DNA of 64,000 nt from the human T2T-CHM13v2.0 reference genome, Homo sapiens. The notes under the pieces were generated by a model. It searched no databases and was not told the DNA's origin. It saw only the letters and a list, made by a program, of their open reading frames with translations. A program made the position numbers and the translations under genes. The stretch lies in assembly GCF_009914755.1 (NCBI RefSeq), contig NC_060935.1; one strand, 5' to 3'. Shown one piece after another: positions 44,114 through 60,479 of this stretch. How positions within the stretch are numbered: the stretch's first letter is position 1; each line of letters opens with the position of its first letter.

Positions 44114-44990
44114 GCGGCGCGCCGGCGCAGGCGCACAGAGGCGCGGCGCGCGGGCGCCGGCGCACAGTGGCGCGTCCCCTGGGGGGCGGGGGGAGGCGCG
44201 GCGCAGGCGCAGAGACGCACGTCGTTAGGCTGTGGGTTTGGGGGGAGGTGGGTGGTGCAGACGCAGAGTCACGCGCCACCGGGACGAGAGCGCGGGGGTG
44301 GAGCGTTGTAGGCGCAGAGACGCACGTCCCCGGGGGCGCGGCGCAGAGACGGGTTGAACCTCAGTAATCCAAAAAGCCGGGCTCGGGCGCCCCCTGCTTG
44401 CAGCCGGGCACTACAGGACCCGCTTACCCGCGGTGCTGTCCCAGTGCGCCCCCTGCTAGCGACTAGGGCAACTGCAGGGCCCTCTTGCTTACAGTGGTGG
44501 CCAGCGCCCCCTGCTGGCGCCGGGGCACTGCAGGGCTCTCTTGCTCGCAATATAGTGGCGGCACGCCGCCTGCAGGCAGCTAGGGACGTTGCAGGGCCCT
44601 CTTGCTCACAGTGTAGTGGCAGCACGCCCGCCTGCTGGCAGATGGGGACACTGCCAGGCCCTCTTGCTTGCAGTGTAGTCGGGGCACGCCCTCTTCTGGC
44701 CGCTGGGGGCACGACAGGATCCTCTTGCTCACAGTGTAGTGGCAGCACGACCCCTGCTGGCAACCAGGGCACTGCATGGTCCTCTTGCTCATGGTGTGGT
44801 GCCCGTACGCCGCCTGCTGGCAGCTGAGGACACTGCAGGGCCCTCTTGCTCACAGTGTAGTCGTCGTACGCCCCCTGCTGGCAGCTGGGGACACTGCCGG
44901 ACCCTATTGCTGTCAGTGTCGTGGCAGCACGCCACCTGCGGGCAGATGGGGACTAGGCAGGGCACTCTTGGTCCCGGTGTGACGGCCTCC
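44108..44990. repeat. TAR1 subtelomeric repeat / 29-bp and 61-bp repeat CpG island (TERRA-promoter type)
   Basis: GCGCGCCGGCGCAGGCGCACAGAG 29-bp-type units at 44110-44350, then ~9 units with 56-62-bp spacing (CTCTTGCT-type anchors at 44481, 44537, 44598, 44660, 44721, 44781, 44842, 44903, 44964). Confidence 0.9.
44504..44518. promoter_or_regulatory. CTCF consensus motif within the 61-bp repeats
   Basis: GCGCCCCCTGCTGGC matches the CTCF core; related copies at ~44446, ~44748 and ~44868. Confidence 0.7.
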
Positions 44991-45859
44991 TGCACCACTA
45001 AAGTCAGAGCGCCAGTTATTAAGCCCCATCAGTTCTGTAAATTCAAACTGAAACGGAGCTATTACTGGGGAGAGCTGATGTCCCAGTTCTTGTTTAACTT
45101 GGAAGAAACATTTTCACCGAGAGGCAATACAAAGATGGCAGATAACTTCATTGAAAAGAAACACAGTGTAAAGAGTTTATTGTAGAAAAATAGGGAGGAG
45201 TGGGCTGAGCGTGCATTAAAACAGCCTAAGAGTCCTGTGCAGGGAATTTTATTTTGGATTTCTTCACATTCCTGCCTCTGTCTCAAGTCTCCACCTGTTT
45301 TCTTTGTCTGGTTTTCCTGCTACTGCCTTAGCTCCCCAACTTGCCCCACTTAGGCTTGTGGGACCTCCTCACTGTTGGTTGAGGTACATGTGTGGTGATC
45401 AATACGAATCCACTCTGGCACCAGCCTCCTTCCCGCCATCCCAGGCACACTGACAGCGATCACGTTTGTACCTACTGCGCCTGCCTCTTTTGAATGTCCT
45501 TCTCTGCCCTAATCTGTACTTATGGTGCCAGGTTTCTCTTAAGAATGTCCCCTTTGGCCTTATCAGCATGTAGCTAGCAATATTCTGACATTTTTATTGC
45601 AGAGTGAATGATTGGGGCATCTTCAGAGGAGTTCTAGGGTGTTTCTTTCTGCATAGGTACCTCTTTTCCCTCCTACCCACAATTGACAAGTGCCCATCCA
45701 CTCCAGCACTAGAGATGCTACTAATATGTGAATTTTTGGTGGTCCCTCCAGGTGAGCCTTCCCAGACTTTCCCTTTTCCAGGAGGCCCCCTCCTGTTCAT
45801 GTCTAGCTACCTATCTACTCTAACAAAGCCCACTATCCTGTGTCTTTCCCAAAAATAGT

Positions 45860-46455
45860 GAGGGAACGATTAATTGGAAACCATAAGAAATGATATGGAT
45901 ATAGACGAAAACTTTACAACTTACACAAATAATCACTCAAAATCATCCTTACACTAAAAATGCAAAACTATACAATTTCTAGAAGAAACAATAGAAGAAA
46001 AGCTATCTGCCTTTGGGTTTGGTAATGAATTTTAACAAATGACACAAAAGGTAGATATACACAAAAGAAGTGACAGTGTGGATTTCTTAATATTTAAAGT
46101 TTATACTCTGGAAGAGACCTTGTTAAGAGAACAAAAAGACAAGCCACATATTGAAGAAAATATTTGCAAAATACACATCTGAGAAAGAATTTGTCTTCAA
46201 AATATATAAAAAATTATTAAAACTAAACAATAAGTTAAACAGCCCAACTAAAAATGCACACACATCTGAACAGACACCTCACCAAAGAAGATCTACAGAT
46301 GGCAAGTAAACACATTGAAACCACAATGTGGTTACAAGTGAAAACCACAATGAGATAGCACAGCTGGTCTATATCTGTTAGAATTGCTAAACTCTTTTAA
46401 AAATGACAAATTGCTGAAGGAAAAACAAGAACTCTTTTCATTGCCAGTGGAACAC
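45860..46455 (+). mobile_element. Old LINE-1 (L1MC-like) fragment
   Basis: AAATGCAAAACTATACAATTTCTAGAAGAAAC, GAAAATATTTGCAAAATACACATCTGA, AACAGACACCTCACCAAAGAAGAT. Confidence 0.75.
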
Positions 46456-46487
46456 AGTGTATAAGACCAAAATACGCCACCCCAAAA

Positions 46488-46660
46488 CCTAACCCTAACC
46501 CTAACCCCTAACCCCTAACCCTAACCCTAACCCTAACCCTAACCCCTAACCCCTAACCCCTAACCCTAACCCTAACCCCTACCCCTAACCCCTAACCCTT
46601 ACCGGTGACCCTACTGTATCCCTGACTCCTAACCAACGTTGATCCCTAACCCTAAACCCC
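46488..46660 (+). repeat. Short interstitial telomeric sequence (CCCTAA)n, ITS-2
   Basis: ~110 bp of CCCTAA/CCCCTAA that decays into degenerate hexamers toward 46700. Confidence 0.95.
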
Positions 46661-47740
46661 TTACTGTAACTATAATCTTCATCCCACCCTATCCCTAGCC
46701 TTAGTGCCATCCCCCAGGCTTTTTCCAGGATGGGATTTTATGTGATTGTTTCGAATAGGTGGAAATCTCTGCTCATTTAGGAGTCGTTCAATGTAACAAG
46801 GATCTTGGTCTTCACAGAGACCCTAAACGCGTGTGGCCCAGGGTCATGTGGATGCCATCAGCCACTAGGTGGCAGCAGGGGCCCTTTGGATTTGAACAAT
46901 GCAGCTCAGTCAGAGGGCTGGACTGGGACACCCCTACTCATGGTCTCTCTTGGCATGGTTTTGTTTGGTGACTCCAGGTGTCCCAACCTCCTGTGTCCAT
47001 TGTAATATGTCCTGGGACCATCTCCCCCAGGGCCTTCAACCTGGGGGGTTGAACCCCAGGATAGCAACCCCAAGCCCTCCTTGCTATCCTGGCTACTGAT
47101 GGAAGATGTACCTCAAGCCTGTCCCATTCCTCACTTCCTGCTGAGACCTGGCCCCAACATGGCCAGCTCTATGTTCCTCAGACCCTCTCAGGCCACCTTC
47201 TCTCTTCTAGGCACTGTCACTGGGCTTCTCCCCACCCCATAGATCCACAGCCCCCAGGTAGTCCTACAGCTGTGTCCACTCGTGCAGCCTGCACCCCCTT
47301 CCCCTACTCGGCCACCCCATCTGAGTAGTAAGGGGCCCCTGCCTGATTGGAGACCCCCAGATGCAGACCCAGATCACACAGCACACTGATAAGAGGAGGG
47401 ATTCGCACCTTAAAAGAAAGGCGTGGGACCAACCCCAGATCCCACCACTCTCAGCCTCAAGGGCAGGCATGACTAGAGGCCCTTGGTGGCCAGGACCCAC
47501 TGCCTTCTTCACCGATCAGTTGGCGTGGCCTCTCACCAGTGTTCCCTCCTAACACACCTGTTCTCTCTCTCACACACCCTAAAGCCGCTTGCCAACCACC
47601 TGTCACACAGCCACTCCATGCCTGTTGCTGCTTGGCACCCACTGGGGGCCAGGGATGTGAACAAACCTCATCTAAGCTGGCTGCCGGGTCCTAATGGGCA
47701 GGTCCGGTCCGCCCTCTAGGAGAGGTGCTGTCCGGTGAGG

Positions 47741-47747
47741 CATAAAA
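47741..47747 (+). promoter_or_regulatory. TATA-like box of SCGB1C1
   Basis: CATAAAA 48 nt upstream of the ATG at 47789. Confidence 0.6.
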
Positions 47748-47788
47748 TCCCGGGATTCTGGCTGGAGGCAGCTCCTGAGACTGCTGGC

Positions 47789-49139
<1,351 letters not shown>

Positions 49140-49246
49140 GTGGACCTCAGACATGGCTCAGCCATAGGACCTGCCACACAAGCAGCCGTGGACACAACGC
49201 CCACTACCACCTCCCACATGGAAATGTATCCTCAAACCGTTTAATC

Positions 49247-49252
49247 AATAAA
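49247..49252 (+). terminator. Polyadenylation signal of SCGB1C1
   Basis: AATAAA ~110 nt after the stop codon. Confidence 0.8.
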
Positions 49253-49283
49253 GCCTCTTCCGCAGCTCAGGCTCCTGTCTCTG

Positions 49284-49845
49284 CCCCCACAGAGGGGCAC
49301 ACAAATGGGGACATCAGGAACACACTCGGGGCCACAGCCACACACACAGACCCACATACAGAGGATCCCACTCAAGGAGCACACGTGCAAAAGTCCCCAC
49401 AGAGGGACACACAAATGGGGACATCAGGAACACAGGGCCACAGCCACACACACAGACCCACATACAGAGGATCCTACTCAAGGAGCACACGTGCGAAAGT
49501 CCCCCACAGAGGGACACACAAATGGGGACATCAGGAACACACTCAGGGCCACAGCCACACACACAGACCCACATACAGAGGATCCCACTCAAGAAGCACA
49601 CGTGCGAAAGTCCCCACAGAGGGACACACAAATGGGGACATCAGGAACACACTCGGGGCCACAGCCACACACACAGACCCACATACAGAGGATCCCACTC
49701 AAGGAGCACACGTGCAAAAGTCCCCACAGAGGGGCACACAAGTGGGGACATCAGGAACACAGGGCCACAGCCACACACACAGACCCACATACAGAGGATC
49801 CCACTCAAGGAACACACGTGTGAAAGTCCCCACAGAGGTACACAC
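49284..49845. repeat. ~110-bp minisatellite, ~5 copies
   Basis: ACATCAGGAA recurs at 49311, 49421, 49528, 49638 and 49748. Confidence 0.95.
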
Positions 49846-50584
49846 AGGGTCCACACAGGAGCAGGCACACCACAGGCAAGACCCAAAATGGAAATCCAGG
49901 CAGATGCCACGTAGGCAGGTGGACAGAGCACAGAGCCAGACAACACTGCGTGGTCGTCCGGAGGGGGCGTCTGGAGGGGGCGTCCGGAGGGAGACGGGCG
50001 GCAGAGGCAGCGGTATGAGGCGGGAGCCCCAGAAAGAGGAAGTGTCCAGGACTGGGTGGACACAGACCCCATGTCGCCCATGGGCTAGGTCAGGGCGGGG
50101 GTGCTCAGCATCTGAAAGCTGGTGTCGAGCCCCAAGAGGACCCCTGACAAGGCCAAGAAAAAGGTACACCCATGTCCAAGGGGGTTGGGAGCCGCAGGTG
50201 AGCAGCCTCTGAGGTCAGCCAGGGCAGCCCCAGCGCCCACACTGACTCACACCCACCACAACCAGCACAGACCCTGATCCTGACCCTGGATCCCAGACTC
50301 TCCCACAGCCAGAACCTTCCAGCATTTCAGCTGCCCAATCTATGGTCTCTTCTGGGGGCACAGCTGAGTGGAACCGCCCCATCCTTGGCCACCCTGGGTG
50401 CTGAGCCCTGACACTTCACTGCCCCGGCCCTCCTCTCCACACCTCTGTCCTGTCTGAGCCTGGCAAGGGGGTCATGCGGTGCTGTCGGCTCTGTGCTCTG
50501 TCCCACCTGCCTACATGGTATCTGCCTGGATTTCCATTTGGCTGAGGGAGCCCTAGGGAGGGGGCCCTGGAGGACTTGGTTACA

Positions 50585-51845
50585 GGGGACCTGGTGAGGG
50601 GACCCAGTGAGGGGGACTTCATGGGTGGGTGCCTGGTTGAGGGGACCTGGTGAAAGAAACATGGTGAGGGGGCCTGGTGAGGGGTGGTCTGGTGAGGGAA
50701 CTTAGGGAAACCTGGTGAGGAGGACCTGGTGAGGGGACATGGGGGGGACCTTGGTGAGGGGACCTGGTGAGGGGACATGGGGGGGACCTTGGTGAGGGGA
50801 CCTGGTGAGGAGGACATGGGGGGGACCTTGGTGAGGGGACCTGGTGAGGGGACATGGGGGGGACCTTGGTGAGGGGACCTGGTGAGGGGACATGGGGGGG
50901 ACCTTGGTGAGGGGACCTGGTGAGGGGACATGGGGGGGACCTTGGTGAGCGGACCTGGTGAGGGGACATGGGGGGACCTTGGTGAGGGGACCTGGTGAGG
51001 GGACATGGGGGGGACCTTGGTGAGGGGACCTGGTGAGGGGACATAGGGGGACCTTGGTGAGGGGACCTGGTGAGGGGACATGGGGGGGACCTTGGTGAGG
51101 GGACCTGGTGAGGGGACATAGGGGGACCTTGGTGAGGAGGACCTGGTGAGGGGACATGGGGGGGACCTTGGTGAGGGGACCTGGTGAGGGGACATAGGGG
51201 GACCTTGGTGAGGGGACCTGGTGAGGGGACATGGGGGGGACCTTGGTGAGGGGACCTGGTGAGGGGACCTGGTGAGGGGACATGGGGGGGACCTTGGTGA
51301 GGGGACCTGGTGAGGGGACATGGGGGGGACCTTGGTGAGGGGACCTGGTGAGGGGACATGGGGGGGACCTTGGTGAGGGGACCTGGTGAGGGGACATGGG
51401 GGGGACCTTGGTGAGGGGACCTGGTGAGGAGGACATGGGGGGGACCTTGGTGAGGGGACCTGGTGAGGGGACATGGGGGGGACCTTGGTGAGGGGACCTG
51501 GTGAGGGGACATGGGGGGGACCTTGGTGAGGGGACCTGGTGAGGGGACATGGGGGGGACCTTGGTGAGGGGGCCTGGTGAGGGGACATGGGGGGGACCTT
51601 GGTGAGGGGACCTGGTGAGGTGACATGGGGGGGACCTTGGTGAGGGGACCTGGTGAGGGGACCTGGTGAGGGGACATGGGGGGGACCTTGGTGAGGGGAC
51701 CTGGTGAGGGGACATGGGGGGGACCTTGGTGAGGGGACCTGGTGAGGGGAACCTGGTGAGGGGAACATGGTGAGGGGAACATGGTCAGGGGGACTTATAG
51801 GGGTGTCCTGTTGGGGGGACCTGGTGGTGAGATCTGGTGAGGGGA
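50585..51845. repeat. G-rich 38-bp VNTR (~27 core copies) built from a 13-bp GGTGAGGGGACCT motif
   Basis: Unit GGTGAGGGGACCTGGTGAGGGGACATGGGGGGGACCTT, with degenerate 13-mers at both edges. Confidence 0.96.
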
Positions 51846-52455
51846 TCAAAGGCAGAAGCCATTGTCTTGGTCACATAGACAGAATCTAGAACCTGTCATC
51901 CCACAGAGCCACATTCTAGAGTTTAGAGTGGGGGACCTCTCCCCAATTCTCTAAGCCCATGAGGAGAGAGGAAGGCCTTTCTCTCCATGCTCCTTTTGCG
52001 GGAACTCCCTGGCACCAAGGCCAGGGGGGAAAGGACAGTCTCTGATGAGGATGGGTCTCTAGGCTGCTCTGAGTGCTGTCCCTGCACTGAAGAAGTTATA
52101 GTTCCCTCCCAGGCGGCCTCCTCCCTGCCCCTCAGCTCAGCCTCAATCAAGAAGTTCCCCATCTTTGACCACTCCAAGTAGGAGAAACCGGCCCAGGGCT
52201 CCCTTAGAGCCGAGAACAGTGGTGAGTTAAGGGCCAGCATGGACAGCAACTCTGGGTTACAGTTAAGCTGGTGAGGAGCTCACAGACCCATGCAGAAAGC
52301 TCCTACTGTCCCTGACTCCTGGCTCCCAGCTGGAGATCCCCACTGAGGATGCTGCAGCAGGTTCCGCAGGTCTTACCCTTCAGTGTCAGCAAGAGCAGGG
52401 TCGGGGACATCAGGGGCCGGCATGGGACAGGGCCGGGCCTCCCAGCACCTGGTAA

Positions 52456-55211
<2,756 letters not shown>

Positions 55212-55416
55212 CGCCAGCCCTGCTGTGCCCCATCACACCCGGCATCTACACAAGATCCGCCGGGCCACAGAGCTCGAGGCTGTCTTCACCAGCTGGGCTG
55301 GGCCAGCCTGGCCCTGCAGGGCAGAGCACGCTTGTTTGGGCAATTGTAATCAGTTACTTTTTTTCTATGCTATTTTACCATTTTTTAATCTTGTTTTCTG
55401 CTGTGCCCAAATTATT

Positions 55417-55422
55417 AATAAA
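55417..55422 (+). terminator. Polyadenylation signal of ODF3/CIMAP1A
   Basis: AATAAA ~205 nt after the stop codon. Confidence 0.72.
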
Positions 55423-55639
55423 TCAGATTGCATTAATAAGGGTTTGTCTTGGTGGAAGGATCAAGCTTTTCCAGAAAGGAGCCCCCGTAGGCTGTCAGCA
55501 CTTGCCCACAAGGGGTCCCACCCTGCCTTCTAGGGCCCAGGGTCAGCTTGGTGAGATGGGAGGGCCCAGGGTCTGTGTGGGGAGAGATGGTAGGGCCTGA
55601 GTACCTCAGACACCCTGCTCCACACTGTCCCTCCTGATG

Positions 55640-56790
<1,151 letters not shown>

Positions 56791-56885
56791 ACTCACTTAT
56801 TCCCTAAGTGGTGATGCTATCAGGATCCCCATCTGCGTTTCAGGAACTTGGGCAGGGAAGGGTAACACAGCAGGAAGTGGGTGAG

Positions 56886-57882
56886 TGTGGGGCAAAGATC
56901 AGACTGTTACTGTGCCTACCTAGAAAAGGAAGACAAAAGAAACTCCATCTTGATCTGTACAAAGAAAAATTGTTCTGCTTTGAGATGCTGTTAACCTGTA
57001 ACGTTAGCCCTAATCCTGTGCTCACGGAAACATGTGCTGTATTAAATCAAGGTTTAAGGGATTTAGGGCTATGCAGGGTGTGCCTTCTTAACAATATGTT
57101 TGCAGACAGTATGCTTGGTAAAAGTCATCACCATTCTCCATTCTCTATTAACCAGGGACACAATGCACTGCGGAAAGCTGCAGGGACCTCTGTCCGAGGA
57201 AGCCTGGGTATTGTCCAAGGTTTCCCCCAACTGAGACAGCCTGAGATACGGCCTCGTGGGAAGGGAAAGACCTGACCGTCCCCCAGCCCGACAACCGTAA
57301 AGGGTCTGTGCTGAGGAGGATTCGTAAAAGAGGAAGGCCTCTTTGCAGCTGAGATAAGAGGAAGCCCTCTGTTTCCCGCATGTCCCTGGGAACGGAATGT
57401 CTTGGTGTAAAGCCGATTATTCGATTATTCATTCTATTCTAAGATAGGAGAAAACCACCCTGTGGCTAGAGGCGAAATATGCTAGCGATGATACTGCTCT
57501 GTTACTCTTTGCTATACTAAAATGTTTGGGTAAAGAGAAACCTAAATCTAGCCTACGTGCACATCCGGGCACAGTACCTTCCCTTGAACTTATTTATGAC
57601 ACAGATTCCTTTACTCACGTTTTCCTTCTGACCTTCTCCCCACCATCACCGTTCTCCCTGTTCTCCTGCTGCACTCCCCTTGCCAAGATAGTGAAAATAA
57701 TCATCAATAAATACTGAGGGAACCTGGAGACCGGCACCAGTGCGGGTCCTCCCACGCTTAGTGTGCCGGTCCCCTGGGCCCACTGTTCTTTCTCTATACT
57801 TTGTCTCTGTGTCTTCTTTCCTCAGTCTCTCGTCCCACCTGACGAGAAATACCCACAGGTGTGGAGAGGCAGGCCCCTTTCA
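56886..57882 (+). mobile_element. Solo HERV-K(HML-2) LTR5 (LTR5A/B-like) with 6-bp TSD
   Basis: TGTGGGG...CA termini, 997 bp. Conserved LTR5 core GGCCTCGTGGGAAGGGAAAGACCTGACCGTCCCCCAGCCCGACA. AATAAA at 57706. TSD GGTGAG at 56880-56885 and 57883-57888. Confidence 0.93.
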
Positions 57883-58135
57883 GGTGAGTCTGTGGCTGCT
57901 CTGCCCAAAGTCAACCCTGATGGGGTGAATGAGGGAAGGGGCAGGGTTTACAGCACCTGTGCTCATGGCCAGCCACGGGGTGAATGAGGAAAGGGACAGG
58001 GTTTACAGCACCAGTGCTCATGGCCAGCCTGTGAACCAGGGTGAGCTCCAAACAAAATTCCCTCAAATCCCAAGGAAATGAGGACGACAGAGACCATATG
58101 ATTAGTTCTTCATGAGGTTATGTTTACTACAAATT

Positions 58136-58141
58136 TTTATT
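58136..58141 (-). terminator. Probable polyadenylation signal of BET1L
   Basis: TTTATT on + strand (AATAAA on -), ~2.3 kb past the BET1L stop, at the end of repeat-free 3'UTR-like sequence. Confidence 0.6.
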
Positions 58142-60479
58142 GTTAATGTTTCTCATCCTGAAATTATGGGATACAGCCTAGCAGTTTGTCCTCACTTGGC
58201 AGAGTAGGTAACCCTGGCTCTCACACTGAGCCCCCAAGAGTCCTTTTGGTTTTACTGGTGTCAGGGATTACAGTCAGCAAACCCCACTCATTTACAGGGT
58301 CAGGTGTACAGGGCTGAGCTGGAGGGTTAGGGTCAGGGCCCCTCAGGAAACTCTGGTCTGGCACAGCAGCAGCAGGGATGCCACTCTCCCTTTGTGGAAT
58401 CCTTCTTAATACAAGAGTGAGAAGCAGAAGAGCAAACCACAAAGGAATTCCAGCTCAGACCCCAAAGTACCTGGGAGAGCTGCAAACAGCCATGGAGATA
58501 AGAGAGGCGGGGAGGGAACACAGTGACTGAGTCTGAGAGACAGCAAAGCACCTCTCCAGCGAAAGCCACTCCGAGATGCAGCCTAACTTCCTAGTTTGCA
58601 TCAGCAAGATGAGCAGGCACCACCATGGAAAGAGCACCTGGGGTGTAGCTGGTTACCACAGCTCAGCCACATTCCCCAGAAACGGAGGTCAGCCCTCCAT
58701 GGCCCAGGAAAACATGGGGGATGAAGGGTTGGCACCTGCAGTGACCAGATGGAGATACAATGCAGGCAGCTGCTACCATGCTTGGTGACCAGGGTACAAG
58801 CCCCTGATGAGCTTGCCATGGCAGCCAAGGACACTGGTGCCGGAGGAACGACAGGGGCCTGCAAAGGGACATCCGAGGAGGGGGAAGCAAGCTGGGAGCA
58901 AGACCAGCCCAGCTAGGTTTCAGGGCAACAGCAAAGCCCCAGAGACATGGAGGCAGATGAGTCAACCTTGCTGGGTGAGAAGTGAGCTTGCACTGCATAG
59001 GGCAAGAAGAAGGTGGACCCCACTCCTCCAGGAGGCTGACAGTCTCAGCCAGGTACAATGGAGGGTCCAGGTCACAAGGAAGGGGGCTATGGTGAGCATG
59101 GATGGAGAAAGGTAGGCTTGCTGTGTGGAAGGAAGGAGGAGGGGAGGGGAAGGGTGAGCAAAGTGGGGCTGCAGGCATCAGGCTGTGGCTGATCTGTGGT
59201 CAGCCTGGAGCTCAGAGGCAGTTCTGGATTGACAGGACACATGGTGTGGCCACACAGGTGGGGGGACAGTGATCCCATAGTCCCCAGGGAGTGACTGGGA
59301 GGCAGAAGATTGGAACAGGACAGAGAAGGGCAAAGAAGCACATGGCTCATGCTTTAAAGGTGTTTTTATGCCAAGACAAGGGGGCGAGGACCTCATCTTG
59401 AGGTGGGAAGAAGTCGTTGCCCTGCCAGTCCAGTGGTTTGAACATGAATCCAGCCCAGTGGACAGGGAAGGCCCAGGGAGAGGTGGGTAGGGAGGGCATC
59501 CTGCAGAGGCTGGGGACAAGGAGGATGGCACAGAATGCCATCACAGCCAGGGGAGTCTGGCAGGGCTTGGCGGAGGCGCCAAAGTTACCAGCAAGCTAGA
59601 AGGCAACAACTGATAGCCCTCACAGGAACCTTCTTGTGTAGACCCACAGAAGCTCCCTGGCCCTGCCTGCTTTGCCTGACTCTGAAATGCCAGACAGGCC
59701 CATTTCTAGGTCTGTTCTCCTGAAAATACATCTTTGGTGCTGGGTAGATCCTGAATCCTGAGAATACAAGTTTCTGCTCCTGGATACACAGTCACATGAC
59801 CCAGAAGATCCCAGCCCAGTGGCTAGGCCAAGGCTGCAGTCCACTCCTTCATCCACAGCCCGTTCTCCCCAAGGGTCTCACTTCATCGAAGGCGCAGATA
59901 ACACAGTAGGGTGGCCTCCACTGGTCTGCCCATGCTCAGCAACCATGGCCAGGAGTAACTGCCATCTCCAGGGTGAGAAGCCTCGGTCGGAGGAGATGAC
60001 ACCCACTTAGGGTTCACAGCCCCTTCCTGTGTCAGTTCCAGGAACCTTGGATCACAGACATGGCCTCACCCAGACAAGGACACGACCGTGCAGCCTTAAG
60101 ATGTCAGAGTCCCAAGCGCGGGGAGAAGGGCTGCAAGCCACAGGTGGCCACGTCTGGGATTCAACAGCTGCTCTGCTCAGACCTGGCTTCTCCAGACAGG
60201 CTGTGGCCCCAGCTCTGCCTGGCTCTCTAGCACCTGGGGGAGGGGGGAGGGGCTGGGCCTTGGTTTCCCCGAGAGAGTCCCTTTCACACATGGGACCAGC
60301 CAACATGAGCTCATCAGGTCACAGGCAGCCGCAGCCTCCTGCCACACAGGAAGAAGATTCCTGACCCACAATTATAATTGCAAAGGAGTATTTTGTAGGT
60401 AAGTCCTCTGGAGCCCAAAACACCAGGCAGGGAAGACCCTGGCTGCCCTTGGCACCCACAGACACCAGCTCCCACTGGC

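Noticed and set aside
44061-45185. ORFs across TAR1
   Set aside because: Translations of GC-rich 29/61-bp repeats.
49305-50212. ORFs over the ~110-bp minisatellite
   Set aside because: They are repeat translations downstream of the SCGB1C1 polyA signal, with no protein-family resemblance.
50416-51849. Pro-rich ORFs of 477, 387 and 337 aa on the minus strand
   Set aside because: They are translations of the C-rich strand of the 38-bp VNTR, open in all three frames because the motif lacks stops.
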